DNA from: Minisyncoccota bacterium
Lineage (GTDB): Bacteria; Patescibacteriota; Minisyncoccia; Phycocordibacterales; UBA9973
Direction of reading: 5' to 3'
Length of the DNA: 64,000 nucleotides
Assembly: GCA_041659785.1 (NCBI GenBank)
Contig: JBAZXO010000004.1
Coordinates: 13,270 to 77,269 of the forward strand
The notes beneath the pieces are model-generated. The model was not told where the DNA came from. It saw nothing but the letters and a program-made list of their open reading frames with translations, and made no database searches. Below, piece by piece: positions 35,712 through 45,780 of the stretch (the stretch's first letter is position 1; each line of letters opens with the position of its first letter). The position numbers and the translations under genes are program-made.

Positions 35712-36551
35712 TTATTTATTCTTTCCAGTCTTACGTCGTGAGACAATAAAGATATTTGAATATTTCTTTGGTCGGCGAGATTTTTTTCCTCCGGTAACCT
35801 TACCCCATCTGGTCTTAGGTCGTTTAGTTCCACGTCCTTGTCTGCCTTCTCCTCCTCCGTATGGATGGTCTACTGGGTTCATCGCAGTACCACGAACTTT
35901 TGGTCTAATACCTTTCCAGCGACTTCTTCCAGCTTTACCGAAATTTTCTAAGTGATGTTCTTCATTTGAAACAGTACCGATAGAAGCCCAACAATTTTCA
36001 TTTATTTTTCTTATTTCCGTTGAAGGCATTTTCAAGTTTGTATACCCATCAGCATTTGCTACAACTTGAGCGAATATTCCAGCACTGCGGCCGATCTTCG
36101 CACCACCATTGTGCTTGATTTCAATGTTATAAACAAAGGTTCCCACAGGAATAGCTTTAAGAGGAAGTCTGTTTCCTGGCTTGAGTTCTGCTTTTTCAGA
36201 TACGATAAAAGTATCACCAGGCTTTACAGATTTGGGTAATACTACATATCTTTTCTCTCCATCTTTGTAAACAGCAAGACCGATAAATGCTGAACGGTTT
36301 GGATCGTATTCAATAGTTTTTATTTTTGCAGGAATTTCTTTTTTGTTATACAAAAAATCAACATCTCGATAAAGTCTTTTATGTCCGCCACCTTTGTGCA
36401 TCATGGTAATGCGTCCAGCACTGTTTCGTCCTACATTACGCTTGAAACCATGTGTGAGGGATTTAGTAGGTGTCGAAGTCGTCAACACTCCCCTGTAATT
36501 CACATTGGTCATTTGTCTTCTTGATTTTGTTGTTGGCTTGTATGTTTTCAT
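35712..36551 (-). CDS. rplB: 50S ribosomal protein L2
   Basis: 279 aa, L2 family. Confidence 0.9.
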   Translation of the reverse strand: MKTYKPTTKSRRQMTNVNYRGVLTTSTPTKSLTHGFKRNVGRNSAGRITMMHKGGGHKRLYRDVDFLYNKKEIPAKIKTIEYDPNRSAFIGLAVYKDGEKRYVVLPKSVKPGDTFIVSEKAELKPGNRLPLKAIPVGTFVYNIEIKHNGGAKIGRSAGIFAQVVANADGYTNLKMPSTEIRKINENCWASIGTVSNEEHHLENFGKAGRSRWKGIRPKVRGTAMNPVDHPYGGGEGRQGRGTKRPKTRWGKVTGGKKSRRPKKYSNIFIVSRRKTGKNK

Positions 36552-36586
36552 TTTCTTTATAACTTTATAAACTTTTTACTTTATAA
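36552..36586. repeat. Family D-type AT-rich iteron leader upstream of rplB
   Basis: ctttataactttataaactttttactttataacta (TTTATAA units at roughly 10-nt phase). Confidence 0.6.
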
Positions 36587-36856
36587 CTAGACGAAGTCAA
36601 TCTTGTCTCCCTTTTTTAAATAAACAAAAGCTTTTCTGCCTCCACCACGTACTCCAGCTTTACCTTTAGACATAATGCTTTTCTTTGGCACAGGTAAAAC
36701 ATTTACTTTTACTGGATGAACTTTATAAAGGGCAAAAATAGCTTTCTTAATTTCTGTCTTGTTAGCAGACTGAGTAATATCAAAAGTATAAACATTATGC
36801 TCGAAAGCATTTGACGCTTTTTCTGTAACTCTTGGATTTTTAATAATTGTTGTCAT
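36587..36856 (-). CDS. rplW: 50S ribosomal protein L23
   Basis: 89 aa, L23 family. Confidence 0.85.
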   Translation of the reverse strand: MTTIIKNPRVTEKASNAFEHNVYTFDITQSANKTEIKKAIFALYKVHPVKVNVLPVPKKSIMSKGKAGVRGGGRKAFVYLKKGDKIDFV

Positions 36857-36884
36857 GTTATTTTTTTAGTTTTTTGTTCTTTGT

Positions 36885-36925
36885 AATTTTTGAAGACCGT
36901 CGTAGGGCTAAAAAATTATAAAGAA
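36885..36925. repeat. Family C hairpin, copy 2 (rplD-rplW spacer)
   Basis: TTTGTAATTTTT-GAAGACCGTCGTAGGGCT-AAAAAATTATAAA. Confidence 0.75.
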
Positions 36926-36932
36926 TTAAAAA

Positions 36933-37592
36933 CTACCCTCTACTTTCTAAAAACTTTACAGCCTCTTCCGGATTTTCTATTAAAAGATATTTATGATTTA
37001 AAACATCTAACGGATTTAAATTTTTCAAAAATACCAATTCTAATTGTGGTAAATTTCTAAAACTCTTTTCCATCTTTTCATCACGTCCAGAAAGTGCAGT
37101 TAATACTCTTGGTTTCTTTGAATCTGCAAGTGCCTTAAAGCCTGAAGCTTTCGCTAAATTCTTCATTGTCTCGACAGCAGTCTTTGTCTTTATTGAAGAC
37201 ATTGCCAAGCTATCAACAAAAACAATCTCTCCATCTTTAAACTTCTTTGAAAGTACAGAGAATAAAGCTTGTGCACGCATACTCTTTGAAATTTTTCTTT
37301 TGTAGTTTTTTTCAGCGAGTGGACCATGAGTAACTCCTCCACCAACCCAAATAGGACTTCTGGAAGATCCATGACGAGCACGGCCAGTTCCCTTTTGCTT
37401 CCAAGGCTTTTTACCACCTCCGCGAACTTCTCCGCGATCTTTTGTGTCAGCAGTACCTGAACGCTTATTGCTGCGCATGCCTTCTACTACTTGGTGCACT
37501 AAGTCTGCACGCCATTTAGCAGCAAAAACTTTTGCAGGAAGTTTTATAACTCCAGCTTCAGCACCTTTTTGGTTGTATATTTTGGCTTCCAT
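36933..37592 (-). CDS. rplD: 50S ribosomal protein L4
   Basis: 219 aa, L4 family. Confidence 0.85.
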   Translation of the reverse strand: MEAKIYNQKGAEAGVIKLPAKVFAAKWRADLVHQVVEGMRSNKRSGTADTKDRGEVRGGGKKPWKQKGTGRARHGSSRSPIWVGGGVTHGPLAEKNYKRKISKSMRAQALFSVLSKKFKDGEIVFVDSLAMSSIKTKTAVETMKNLAKASGFKALADSKKPRVLTALSGRDEKMEKSFRNLPQLELVFLKNLNPLDVLNHKYLLIENPEEAVKFLESRG

Positions 37593-37596
37593 ATAA

Positions 37597-38211
37597 TTAT
37601 CTCTGTACTATTTCAACTAATGTTCCCTTTCGGCCAGCAACTGCTCCTTTTATAAGAAGTAAATTGTTTTCTTTATCAACAAAAACAACCTTAAGGTTTT
37701 TCTGCATGATACGGTCAGAACCCATTCTTCCTGCCATTCTCATTCCTTTTGGCACGTGAGTACGAAGTCCTCCACCGATACTTCCAGGTTCTCGCTCAGA
37801 ATGCTTTTGACCGTGTGTTCGTGGACCACCATGGAAACCATGACGCTTCACAACACCTTGGAAACCTTTACCCTTAGAGACACTCGTTACTTCTATCTTA
37901 TCTCCTGGGTTAAAAATAGAAACATCAATTACATCTCCTTCTTTTGCAGAGCTTTCATCTGTAGGTTTTAATCTGAATTCTTTAAGAGTTTTATAGAATG
38001 CGCCTTTCATTGCTCCAGCACTAGACTTGGAGACTCTTTCTTTTTTCTGTACGCCGAAACCAACTTGAACAGAATTGTATCCATCCTTAGCCTTTTCGAA
38101 GATTCTGGTAACAGTGATAGGTCCAGCATTTACAATAGTAACTGGAACAACCATTCCGTCTTCGGAAAAGTATTCTGCCATATTCTCTTTTGTTCCAAGG
38201 ATAAATTTCAT
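37597..38211 (-). CDS. rplC: 50S ribosomal protein L3
   Basis: 204 aa, L3 family. Confidence 0.9.
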   Translation of the reverse strand: MKFILGTKENMAEYFSEDGMVVPVTIVNAGPITVTRIFEKAKDGYNSVQVGFGVQKKERVSKSSAGAMKGAFYKTLKEFRLKPTDESSAKEGDVIDVSIFNPGDKIEVTSVSKGKGFQGVVKRHGFHGGPRTHGQKHSEREPGSIGGGLRTHVPKGMRMAGRMGSDRIMQKNLKVVFVDKENNLLLIKGAVAGRKGTLVEIVQR

Positions 38212-38226
38212 AAATTAAATTTTTTG

Positions 38227-38652
38227 TTACATCATTTTAACGTCAATATCAACTCCGGAAGGTAACGTTAAATTAGTAAGGGCCTCAACGGTCTTTGGGT
38301 TTGGGTTTATGATATCAATTAATCTTTTGTGTACTCTTATTTCAAATTGTTCTCGTGTATTTTTGTAAATAAAAGCAGAACGATTAACTGTATATTTTTT
38401 GATTTCAGTTGGTAGTGGAACGGGACCTACTATTTGAGCATCATAACGGGTAGCAGTATCCATAATTTGTTTAACAGATGCATCTAAGATCTTGCTCTCG
38501 TAAGCACGAACTCGGATACGAAGTACAACCTTACCATCTCCTTTCTCTTTCTTGAGAGCAGCTTTTGGTATTTTTATTGTTGCAGCTTTGGCAACTTGTC
38601 CCGCTTTGGCGGTGGCTTTCGGCTTTTTTATTTTTGTATCTGTTGTTGTCAT
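38227..38652 (-). CDS. rpsJ: 30S ribosomal protein S10 with an ~35-aa Lys-rich N-terminal extension
   Basis: S10 core (RIRVRAYESKILD...) preceded by a K/A-rich tail. Confidence 0.85.
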   Translation of the reverse strand: MTTTDTKIKKPKATAKAGQVAKAATIKIPKAALKKEKGDGKVVLRIRVRAYESKILDASVKQIMDTATRYDAQIVGPVPLPTEIKKYTVNRSAFIYKNTREQFEIRVHKRLIDIINPNPKTVEALTNLTLPSGVDIDVKMM

Positions 38653-38680
38653 GAATTTATTTTAAAGAACGCTCAAACTA

Positions 38681-39874
38681 TTAACCAAGAATTTTTGTAA
38701 CAACTCCTGCACCCACTGTCTTGCCTCCTTCTCGGATAGCGAAACGCATTGATTCTTCGAGGGCAACTGGAGTAACTAATTTAACTGTAATCTTTACTGT
38801 GTCTCCAGGCATAACCATTTCTGTACCTTCTGCGAGAGCAACATCACCAGTCACATCCGTAGTTCGGATATAGAACTGAGGTTTGTAACCCTTGAAGAAT
38901 GGAGTGTGACGTCCACCTTCTTCTTTCTTTAATACGTAAATTTCAGCAGTAAAATTATCATGTGGAGTAACTGTTCCTGGTTTTGCAAGAACTTGTCCAC
39001 GAGTAATATCTTCTTTCTTTAAACCTCGGAGAAGAATACCAGCGTTGTCGCCAGCCATACCTTCTTGAAGATTTTTGTTGAACATTTCAATTCCAGTAAC
39101 AGTTGTTTTCTGAGTAGGTTTGATTCCAACGATTTCTACTTCTTCACCAACTTTTACTACTCCTCTTTCGATTTTACCAGTTACAACTGTACCTCGGCCT
39201 TCAATTGAGAAGATGTCTTCTACAGGCATAAGGAAAGGCTTTGAAACATCACGCTCAGGAACAGGAATGTAAGTATCAAGAGCATTTGTTAATTCAAGGA
39301 TCTTTTGTGCCCAAGGATCATCTACAGATTTTGCTTCAAGACCCTTAAGAGCTGAACCACGGATGACAGGAGCATTTGCACCATCAAAACCTTGTTTAGT
39401 TAGAAGGTCGCGAATTTCTTCTTCAACCATGTCGATCATGTCTTTATCGTCAACCATGTCGCATTTGTTTAAGAAAACAATGATTCGAGGGACACCAACT
39501 TGTTTTGCAAGGAGAACGTGTTCACGTGTCTGAGGCATAGCACCATCAGTCGCTGCAACCACAAGAATAGCACCGTCCATTTGAGCGGCACCAGTAATCA
39601 TGTTTTTAATGTAGTCAGCGTGTCCTGGGGCATCGATGTGCGCATAGTGACGTGCATCTGTAGCGTACTCGTTGTGAGAAATGTTAATAGTGATTCCTCT
39701 AGCTTTTTCTTCAGGAGCATTGTCGATTTGATCAACACCACGAAGACGAACTGTCTTACCAGCTAAGTTAAGAACGTTCAAAATTGCCGCTGTTAAAGTG
39801 GTCTTTCCGTGGTCAACGTGACCGATTGTTCCCACGTTTACGTGTGGCTTATCTCTTTTAAATTCTTCTGCCAT
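38681..39874 (-). CDS. tuf: Elongation factor Tu
   Basis: [19 protein letters not shown]; 397 aa. Confidence 0.95.
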   Translation of the reverse strand: MAEEFKRDKPHVNVGTIGHVDHGKTTLTAAILNVLNLAGKTVRLRGVDQIDNAPEEKARGITINISHNEYATDARHYAHIDAPGHADYIKNMITGAAQMDGAILVVAATDGAMPQTREHVLLAKQVGVPRIIVFLNKCDMVDDKDMIDMVEEEIRDLLTKQGFDGANAPVIRGSALKGLEAKSVDDPWAQKILELTNALDTYIPVPERDVSKPFLMPVEDIFSIEGRGTVVTGKIERGVVKVGEEVEIVGIKPTQKTTVTGIEMFNKNLQEGMAGDNAGILLRGLKKEDITRGQVLAKPGTVTPHDNFTAEIYVLKKEEGGRHTPFFKGYKPQFYIRTTDVTGDVALAEGTEMVMPGDTVKITVKLVTPVALEESMRFAIREGGKTVGAGVVTKILG

Positions 39875-40034
39875 AATATTTTTTGAGCTAACAATTAAAA
39901 CTTAACGTACGAGAACCAGTCGCTAAGGCCTAATTACTAACCTAATTAACTAATAATTTTAAAAAGCAAAACAAAAACTGCAGAAAGTGCAGTTATTTAG
40001 ATAATAGCAGATTAGAAAATAAAGTCAAATCAAA

Positions 40035-40074
40035 CAAAGGGCGGTCCTTCGTGTATACGAAGGACCGCCCTTTT
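40035..40074. terminator. Strong intrinsic terminator between fusA and tuf
   Basis: AAAGGGCGGTCCTTCG-tgtata-CGAAGGACCGCCCTTTTT. Confidence 0.65.
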
Positions 40075-40096
40075 TAAAAATTTCTTTAAAATTATT

Positions 40097-42247
40097 CTAT
40101 TTTCTTGCAGCAATAATGGTTTCAGCGACGTTGTTTGGCACTATGTCATAACGGAAGAATTCCATTGTGAAAGACGCACGGCCTTCAGTCATTGAGCGAA
40201 GTCCTGTCATGTAACCGAACATTTCAGAAAGAGGAACGACTGCTTTTATAACTTTATTCATTCCACGATCTTCCATACCTTCGATGAGTCCACGTTTTGA
40301 AGAAAGATTTCCTGTAACGTCTCCCATGAATTTATCTGGAGTAACGACTTCTACTTTCATCATCGGTTCTAGAATAACAGGATTTGCACGTCGGCATGCG
40401 TCTTGGATAGCCATAGAGGAAGCAATTTTGAAAGCCATTTCGTTTGAGTCCACTTCGTGGTAACTTCCATCCCAAAGTTCAACTGAAACATTTACCATTT
40501 TGAACCCAGCTAAAATTCCACGATCGAGTCCTTCCTTGAATCCCTTTTCACAAGGAGCAATGTATTCTTGTGGAATAACACCTCCTTTAATAGTGTTAAC
40601 GAATTCGAAACCTTCAGATCTCTTGGTATTCTTAGGTAGATCTTCCATTTCTTCTTTAGTAAGCATTTCCATTGGCTTCACTTTAATCTTTACGTGTCCG
40701 TAGTTTCCACGTCCGCCTGATTGCTTGATGTATTTACCTTCTGCATCAGATTTACCAGTAATGGTCTCTCTGTAGGCTACTTGAGGCTTACCGACATTAG
40801 CTTCCACGGTAAACTCACGCTTCATACGATCAACGATAATTTCAAGGTGAAGCTCTCCCATTCCGGCGATAATAGTCTCCCCTGTTTCTTGGTCGGTTGT
40901 AACTTTAAAGGTTGGGTCTTCTTGAGCAAGTCGATTAAGCGCCATTCCCATTTTTTCTTGATCTGCTTTTGTCTTTGGTTCAATGCGAAGCTGAATAACT
41001 GGTTCAGGGAAAACAATTCTATTTAATTCGATAGGATTATTTTCATCACAAATAGTATCTGAAGTGATGGTGTCTTTGAGTCCGACAGCGGCAGCAATTT
41101 CTCCGGCGAAAACTTGTTTCACTTCTTCTCGATCGTTTGCATGCATACGCAAGATTCGGCCGATGCGTTCTTTATTTCGTGTACGTGGATTATATATATA
41201 ACTTCCAGCCATCAAGCTTCCTGAGTAAACACGGAAGAAAATAATTTGTCCGACGAATGGATCAGTCGCAACCTTGAAAGCAAGAGCAGCGAAAGGTTCC
41301 TTGTCATCTGCATGACGGACCATAGGCTCTTCAGTCTCTGGGTTAATTCCAGGGATTGGAGGAATATCTGTAGGAGCTGGTAAGTAATCTACAACAGCGT
41401 CGAGTACGAGCTGAACGCCTTTGTTTTTCAAAGCAGAACCAGCATATACTGGGAAAATCTCGTTTGCAATTACAGCTTTACGTAGAGTTTTCTTTAAGAC
41501 ATCGATATTTGGAATTACTCCTTCTAAATATTCAGTCATCATGACTTCATCTGTCTCAACTATTTTTTCAATCAATTCACCGTGGAATTTTTCTGCTTCA
41601 GCTTTCATGTCATCAGGAATTTCTTTTTCGATAACTTTATTACCCATTTCACCTTCGAAGTAATAAGCCTTCATGCGAAGCAAATCGATAACACCTTCGT
41701 GTTTTTCTTCGAGTCCGATAGGGATCTGCATGCGAACAGCTTTCTTGGTAAGTCTGTCTAAAATAGTCGCAAACGAATGTTCAAAGGATGCACCAGTTCT
41801 GTCTAGTTTGTTTATGAAACAAACACGAGGAACTTTCGCTTCGTCAGCATAACGCCAGTTTGTTTCTGATTGAGGCTCTACTCCAGCCACACCATCGAAG
41901 ACGACGACTGCTCCGTCGAGCACGCGAAGAGAACGCTTCACCTCAACAGTGAAATCGATGTGTCCAGGTGTATCAATAATATTAAAACGATGTTTTTTAG
42001 TCTTATCTTTTATGTCCGCATAAGTAGGAGTCCAGAAACATGTGACAGCCGCGGAGGTAATGGTGATACCACGTTCTCGCTCTTGTTCCATCCAATCAGT
42101 GGTGGTTTCTCCATCGTGAACTTCACCGATTTTGTGAGATACTCCAGTATAAAAAAGCACACGTTCTGTCGTGGTCGTCTTTCCAGCATCGATATGCGCA
42201 ATAATTCCAATATTCCTAACTTTTTCTAGCGGATAATCTCGTTCCAT
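40097..42247 (-). CDS. fusA: Elongation factor G
   Basis: [14 protein letters not shown]; 716 aa. Confidence 0.95.
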   Translation of the reverse strand: MERDYPLEKVRNIGIIAHIDAGKTTTTERVLFYTGVSHKIGEVHDGETTTDWMEQERERGITITSAAVTCFWTPTYADIKDKTKKHRFNIIDTPGHIDFTVEVKRSLRVLDGAVVVFDGVAGVEPQSETNWRYADEAKVPRVCFINKLDRTGASFEHSFATILDRLTKKAVRMQIPIGLEEKHEGVIDLLRMKAYYFEGEMGNKVIEKEIPDDMKAEAEKFHGELIEKIVETDEVMMTEYLEGVIPNIDVLKKTLRKAVIANEIFPVYAGSALKNKGVQLVLDAVVDYLPAPTDIPPIPGINPETEEPMVRHADDKEPFAALAFKVATDPFVGQIIFFRVYSGSLMAGSYIYNPRTRNKERIGRILRMHANDREEVKQVFAGEIAAAVGLKDTITSDTICDENNPIELNRIVFPEPVIQLRIEPKTKADQEKMGMALNRLAQEDPTFKVTTDQETGETIIAGMGELHLEIIVDRMKREFTVEANVGKPQVAYRETITGKSDAEGKYIKQSGGRGNYGHVKIKVKPMEMLTKEEMEDLPKNTKRSEGFEFVNTIKGGVIPQEYIAPCEKGFKEGLDRGILAGFKMVNVSVELWDGSYHEVDSNEMAFKIASSMAIQDACRRANPVILEPMMKVEVVTPDKFMGDVTGNLSSKRGLIEGMEDRGMNKVIKAVVPLSEMFGYMTGLRSMTEGRASFTMEFFRYDIVPNNVAETIIAARK

Positions 42248-42256
42248 ATATTTAAA

Positions 42257-42727
42257 TTACCAAGCAAAGTGAGCGAAGGCTTTGTTTGCCTCTGCCATTT
42301 TGTGAGTATCTTCTTTCTTTTTAATAGCTGCGCCTTCGTTCTTTGAAGCTGCAATTAATTCATCAGCAAGTTTTATGTGCATTGGGGAACCTTTTTTACT
42401 TCGAGCAGCATCACGAATCCATCTCATAGCAAGCGCGAGTCTTCTTTCAGGACGGACTTCTCTAGGAACTTGGTAGTTCGCACCTCCGATACGCTTTGAG
42501 CGAACTTCAGTAAGAGGACCAGCGTTCTTCATAGCGAGGTCGAAAATTTCTAGAGGATTTGGGTTGCCTGTTTTTTCTTTAATGATATCAAAAGCTTTGT
42601 ACATGATTTTTCGAGAAGTCTCCTTCTTTCCAGACCACATGACATAGTTAATAAACTTCTCTAATTTTTGAGAGTTATAAACAAAGTCAGGCTCTACGAT
42701 ATTTCTATTTTTTACTTTTCTTCGCAT
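42257..42727 (-). CDS. rpsG: 30S ribosomal protein S7
   Basis: 156 aa, S7 family. Confidence 0.9.
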   Translation of the reverse strand: MRRKVKNRNIVEPDFVYNSQKLEKFINYVMWSGKKETSRKIMYKAFDIIKEKTGNPNPLEIFDLAMKNAGPLTEVRSKRIGGANYQVPREVRPERRLALAMRWIRDAARSKKGSPMHIKLADELIAASKNEGAAIKKKEDTHKMAEANKAFAHFAW

Positions 42728-42739
42728 AATATTTAAAAA

Positions 42740-43162
42740 TTATTTCTTTTCTTTCTTAGGTCTCTTGTTTCCGTATAGTGATCGAGATTGTCTTCTCTTC
42801 TCTACGCCTTGAGTATCGAGAACTCCACGAACGATGTGATATCTTACTCCAATCAAGTCTTTCACACGTCCACCTCGGAGCATGACGACTGAGTGTTCTT
42901 GTAAGTTGTGTCCTTCTCCTGGGATGTAGGCTGTTACTTCCATACCGTTTGTAAGACGAACTCTCGCAATCTTTCGAAGAGCGGAGTTAGGCTTTTTAGG
43001 AGTTGTGGTAGAAACCTTGGTGCAGACTCCACGCTTGAATGGTGAAGGGAAAAATACTGGTCTGTTCTTAAGAACGTTAAAACCACGAGCAAGAGCCACG
43101 GTCTTGTGCTTGGCGTGCATTTTAGTTCTATTTTTCTTTATTAATTGGTTTATTGTTGGCAT
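42740..43162 (-). CDS. rpsL: 30S ribosomal protein S12 (start at MPTINQL; the longer ORF-track N-terminus is not coding)
   Basis: [10 protein letters not shown]...[10 protein letters not shown]. Confidence 0.9.
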   Translation of the reverse strand: MPTINQLIKKNRTKMHAKHKTVALARGFNVLKNRPVFFPSPFKRGVCTKVSTTTPKKPNSALRKIARVRLTNGMEVTAYIPGEGHNLQEHSVVMLRGGRVKDLIGVRYHIVRGVLDTQGVEKRRQSRSLYGNKRPKKEKK

Positions 43163-43242
43163 ACAAAAGAGACTAATGAAAACAAAAGAGTCCGAAGACT
43201 CGGTTAAAAATATACTATATAAGTATAAAAATTGCAAATATT

Positions 43243-43311
43243 CACCTCACCCGACCTTCGGCCACCCTCTCCATAATTTTAGAATTATGGAGAGGGGCTG
43301 GGGGTGAGGTG
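43243..43311. repeat. Family B GC-rich compound palindrome, copy 3
   Basis: CACCTCACCC...CCTCTCCATAATTttagAATTATGGAGAGG...GGGGTGAGGTG. Confidence 0.8.
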
Positions 43312-43314
43312 AAT

Positions 43315-43956
43315 TTAAAATGTAAGCCCAGTAATAAAATTAAAAAAGAAAGATAATATTGGATATAAATAATTGGAAAAGAAAATTATAAATATAAGCA
43401 ACAAAAAGAAAGAATATCGCTCATAGGCTGAAATAAACAAAAAAGCTGATTCTGGTAAAAAGGAAAAGAATATTTTGGAACCATCAAGGGGTGGAATAGG
43501 GATGAGGTTAAATACCGCTAATGCTAAGTTTATCAAAACAATAATAGATGTGATTTTATAAAATGAAATTTGAGCAAGTGGGTTAAAAATAGAAAAACCA
43601 AGAGATGGTGCAAGACGAATCAGAAGTCCGAACACGATTGCAATCATTAAGTTTGCTAAAATTCCAGCCGCAGCTACAGCAATGGTCCCCCATTTTCTAT
43701 TACTTAAATTATTTGGATTATAAGGCACAGGCTTTGCCCAACCAAAAAGGAAACCAGCATGCGACAATATCAAAACTGCCGGTAAGATTATTGAACCAAA
43801 TAAATCTAGGTGCTTAATTGGGTTTAAGGTTAGGCGTCCAGCGTTTCTAGCTGTGTCATCACCGAAATATTCCGCCATGAAACCATGCGAAACTTCGTGA
43901 ATCACCACAGACATAATAAGTATAGCTATATAAAAAATCGCGTCAGTCCCTTGCAT
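43315..43956 (-). CDS. Site-2-protease-family (M50) membrane zinc metalloprotease
   Basis: HEVSHG HExxH in a TM helix; multi-TM; 213 aa. Confidence 0.55.
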   Translation of the reverse strand: MQGTDAIFYIAILIMSVVIHEVSHGFMAEYFGDDTARNAGRLTLNPIKHLDLFGSIILPAVLILSHAGFLFGWAKPVPYNPNNLSNRKWGTIAVAAAGILANLMIAIVFGLLIRLAPSLGFSIFNPLAQISFYKITSIIVLINLALAVFNLIPIPPLDGSKIFFSFLPESAFLFISAYERYSFFLLLIFIIFFSNYLYPILSFFFNFITGLTF

Positions 43957-43988
43957 AATGATGTTTCTAATGATAGCATAGAAAAGTT

Positions 43989-44234
43989 ATGAAAAAAACG
44001 TGTGCAATAACTAAAAAAGGTTCAATTGTCGGAGGCGGATACTCTAATAGAACCCGTGCCACCAAATTCAACCCAACCGGCAAAAAGAGAAAATACCCAA
44101 ATCTTCAAAAGAAGAGGATCTTTGTCCCTGAAATAAATAAAACAGTAAACATAGAAATTTCAGCCCGAGGCATGCGTACAATGACTAAAAACGGAACCTA
44201 CGCTACCCTCCTCAAAGCCGGACTCATCAAATAA
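43989..44234 (+). CDS. rpmB: 50S ribosomal protein L28
   Basis: 81-aa basic protein. C.TKKG...ARGMRT resembles L28. Confidence 0.7.
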   Translation: MKKTCAITKKGSIVGGGYSNRTRATKFNPTGKKRKYPNLQKKRIFVPEINKTVNIEISARGMRTMTKNGTYATLLKAGLIK

Positions 44235-44240
44235 ACAAAT

Positions 44241-44269
44241 AAAAAACCTCACTTATGGTGAGGTTTTTT
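44241..44269. terminator. Bidirectional intrinsic terminator
   Basis: AAAAAACCTCAC-ttat-GGTGAGGTTTTTT. Confidence 0.65.
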
Positions 44270-44281
44270 ATTTGTAAATTT

Positions 44282-45595
44282 TTAGGCTGGCACAAAGGTT
44301 AGGGCATTCCCCTTTTTGCCTGCGCGGCCGGTTCGGCCGATGCGGTGCACATAAGTATCGTAGGTTTGTGGTACGTCAAAGTTTATGACATGAGTAACAT
44401 CTGGAATATCAAGTCCACGGGCTGCCACATCTGTCGCAATCAAGATATTGATTTGATCTTTTTTAAACATATCGAGAGTTCGGATACGCTCACGGCTTCT
44501 TTTGTCGCCATGAATACACCCAACCTTGAACCCCATATGAGCAAGCTCTTTTGTGAGTGTGTCCACGCTGTGTTTCATTTCTCGGAAAATAAGGACCTTG
44601 TCAGAACCATCTTTTTTCAAGACTTCGTGAAGTTTTTCTAATTGTTCATCTTTGCCTCTGTATCTGATAACGTCTTGTTCAATATTTTTTGCTGTCTCAC
44701 CGGAAATTACTGAAATAAAAACAGGATTTACTAAATAAAGTTCTGTTAATTTCTTAATATCAGCAGATAGTGTAGCAGAGAAGAAAAGCGTCTGACGGCC
44801 TTCCTTTGGTGTTTTACCTATAATGTAGACCATATCGTCTCTGAAGCCCATGTCGAGCATTCTGTCTGCCTCGTCGAGCACAACAGAGTGACAAGTAGAA
44901 AGGTCGAGAACTTTTTTATCAATTAAATCTCTTATTCTACCTGGAGTACCAATGACAAATGAAACTCCCATTTTTATTTCTCGAATTTGCTTCATGATTG
45001 GTAGGCCTCCTACACAAGCAACAGAAAACATCCCGAAGCCAAAAGCGAGATTTTTAAAATCAGATTCTATCTGAAGTGCGAGTTCTCTGGTCGGAGCCAT
45101 TATCAAAACTGTTTCTCTTTTATTCATTCCTTTAGTCTTTGAAATCTTTTCAATCAAAGGAAGCAAAAAGGCAGCAGTCTTACCTGTACCAGTATTTGCC
45201 ATACCGAAAACGTCCTTTCCTTGCATCACAGAAGGAATAGCTTGGTCCTGAATAGGCCTTGGGTTTGTATATCCAGCTCTTTCAATATTTTTATAAAGTT
45301 GAGAATTAAAAGGAAAATCTGCAAAAGTATGTTTTGCAACATAAGGCTTTTCTTCCACGTGAGTAGCTTTCTTTATGAAACGAGAAAAATCTATACGTTC
45401 ACCACGTGATCTTTTACTTGCCCCGCCTTGGCGGTGGTTACTTGATGGTCTACTCCCCCTAAAGCTAGGACGAGAACTACCAAATCTTTTAGCCCCGCCG
45501 AAGCGAGAACTTGAATGCGGTCTAGCCGAAGCTGGACGCGCAAAACTGCGTTTGTTAATCATATATTTCTTTGTGTCATGGTAACCAATCTTCAC
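44282..45595 (-). CDS. DEAD-box ATP-dependent RNA helicase with an N-terminal Arg/Ser/Gly-rich extension
   Basis: Q-motif F.DF....L...I...GY..P.PIQ, ANTGTGKT, VLDEADRM, SAT, HRIGRTGR. The extension includes a family A-like HRQGGAS segment. Confidence 0.8.
   Translation of the reverse strand: MKIGYHDTKKYMINKRSFARPASARPHSSSRFGGAKRFGSSRPSFRGSRPSSNHRQGGASKRSRGERIDFSRFIKKATHVEEKPYVAKHTFADFPFNSQLYKNIERAGYTNPRPIQDQAIPSVMQGKDVFGMANTGTGKTAAFLLPLIEKISKTKGMNKRETVLIMAPTRELALQIESDFKNLAFGFGMFSVACVGGLPIMKQIREIKMGVSFVIGTPGRIRDLIDKKVLDLSTCHSVVLDEADRMLDMGFRDDMVYIIGKTPKEGRQTLFFSATLSADIKKLTELYLVNPVFISVISGETAKNIEQDVIRYRGKDEQLEKLHEVLKKDGSDKVLIFREMKHSVDTLTKELAHMGFKVGCIHGDKRSRERIRTLDMFKKDQINILIATDVAARGLDIPDVTHVINFDVPQTYDTYVHRIGRTGRAGKKGNALTFVPA
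45416..45441. repeat. Degenerate family A element inside the DEAD-box helicase gene
   Basis: Minus-strand CACCGCCAAGGCGGGGCAAGT versus the canonical CCCCGCCATGGCGGGGCAAGT. Confidence 0.6.
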
Positions 45596-45780
45596 GACTC
45601 AAAGTCATAATTGATTTCCATCACGTGCCCGCCCTAACTTTAGTGTTGGCGGGAGCTCAGTCTCGTTATATTAAGCTCGTCCGCCTATGGCGTGAGATGA
45701 GAATGATGTATAAAGAATAGCATTTCTATCTATATTTGTCAATGATTTCTTAATCTAGAGAAAAAAGATATACTAAAAAT

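Noticed and set aside
42740-43237. Extended N-terminus ([11 protein letters not shown]...) on rpsL in the ORF track
   Set aside because: - S12 universally begins MPTINQL.
- The upstream 25 codons overlap the promoter and family B region and do not look coding.
44241-44269. rpmB terminator arms CCTCAC/GTGAGG as a fourth family B copy
   Set aside because: - Only a 6-mer is shared.
- The inner CCTCTCCATAATT palindrome is absent.
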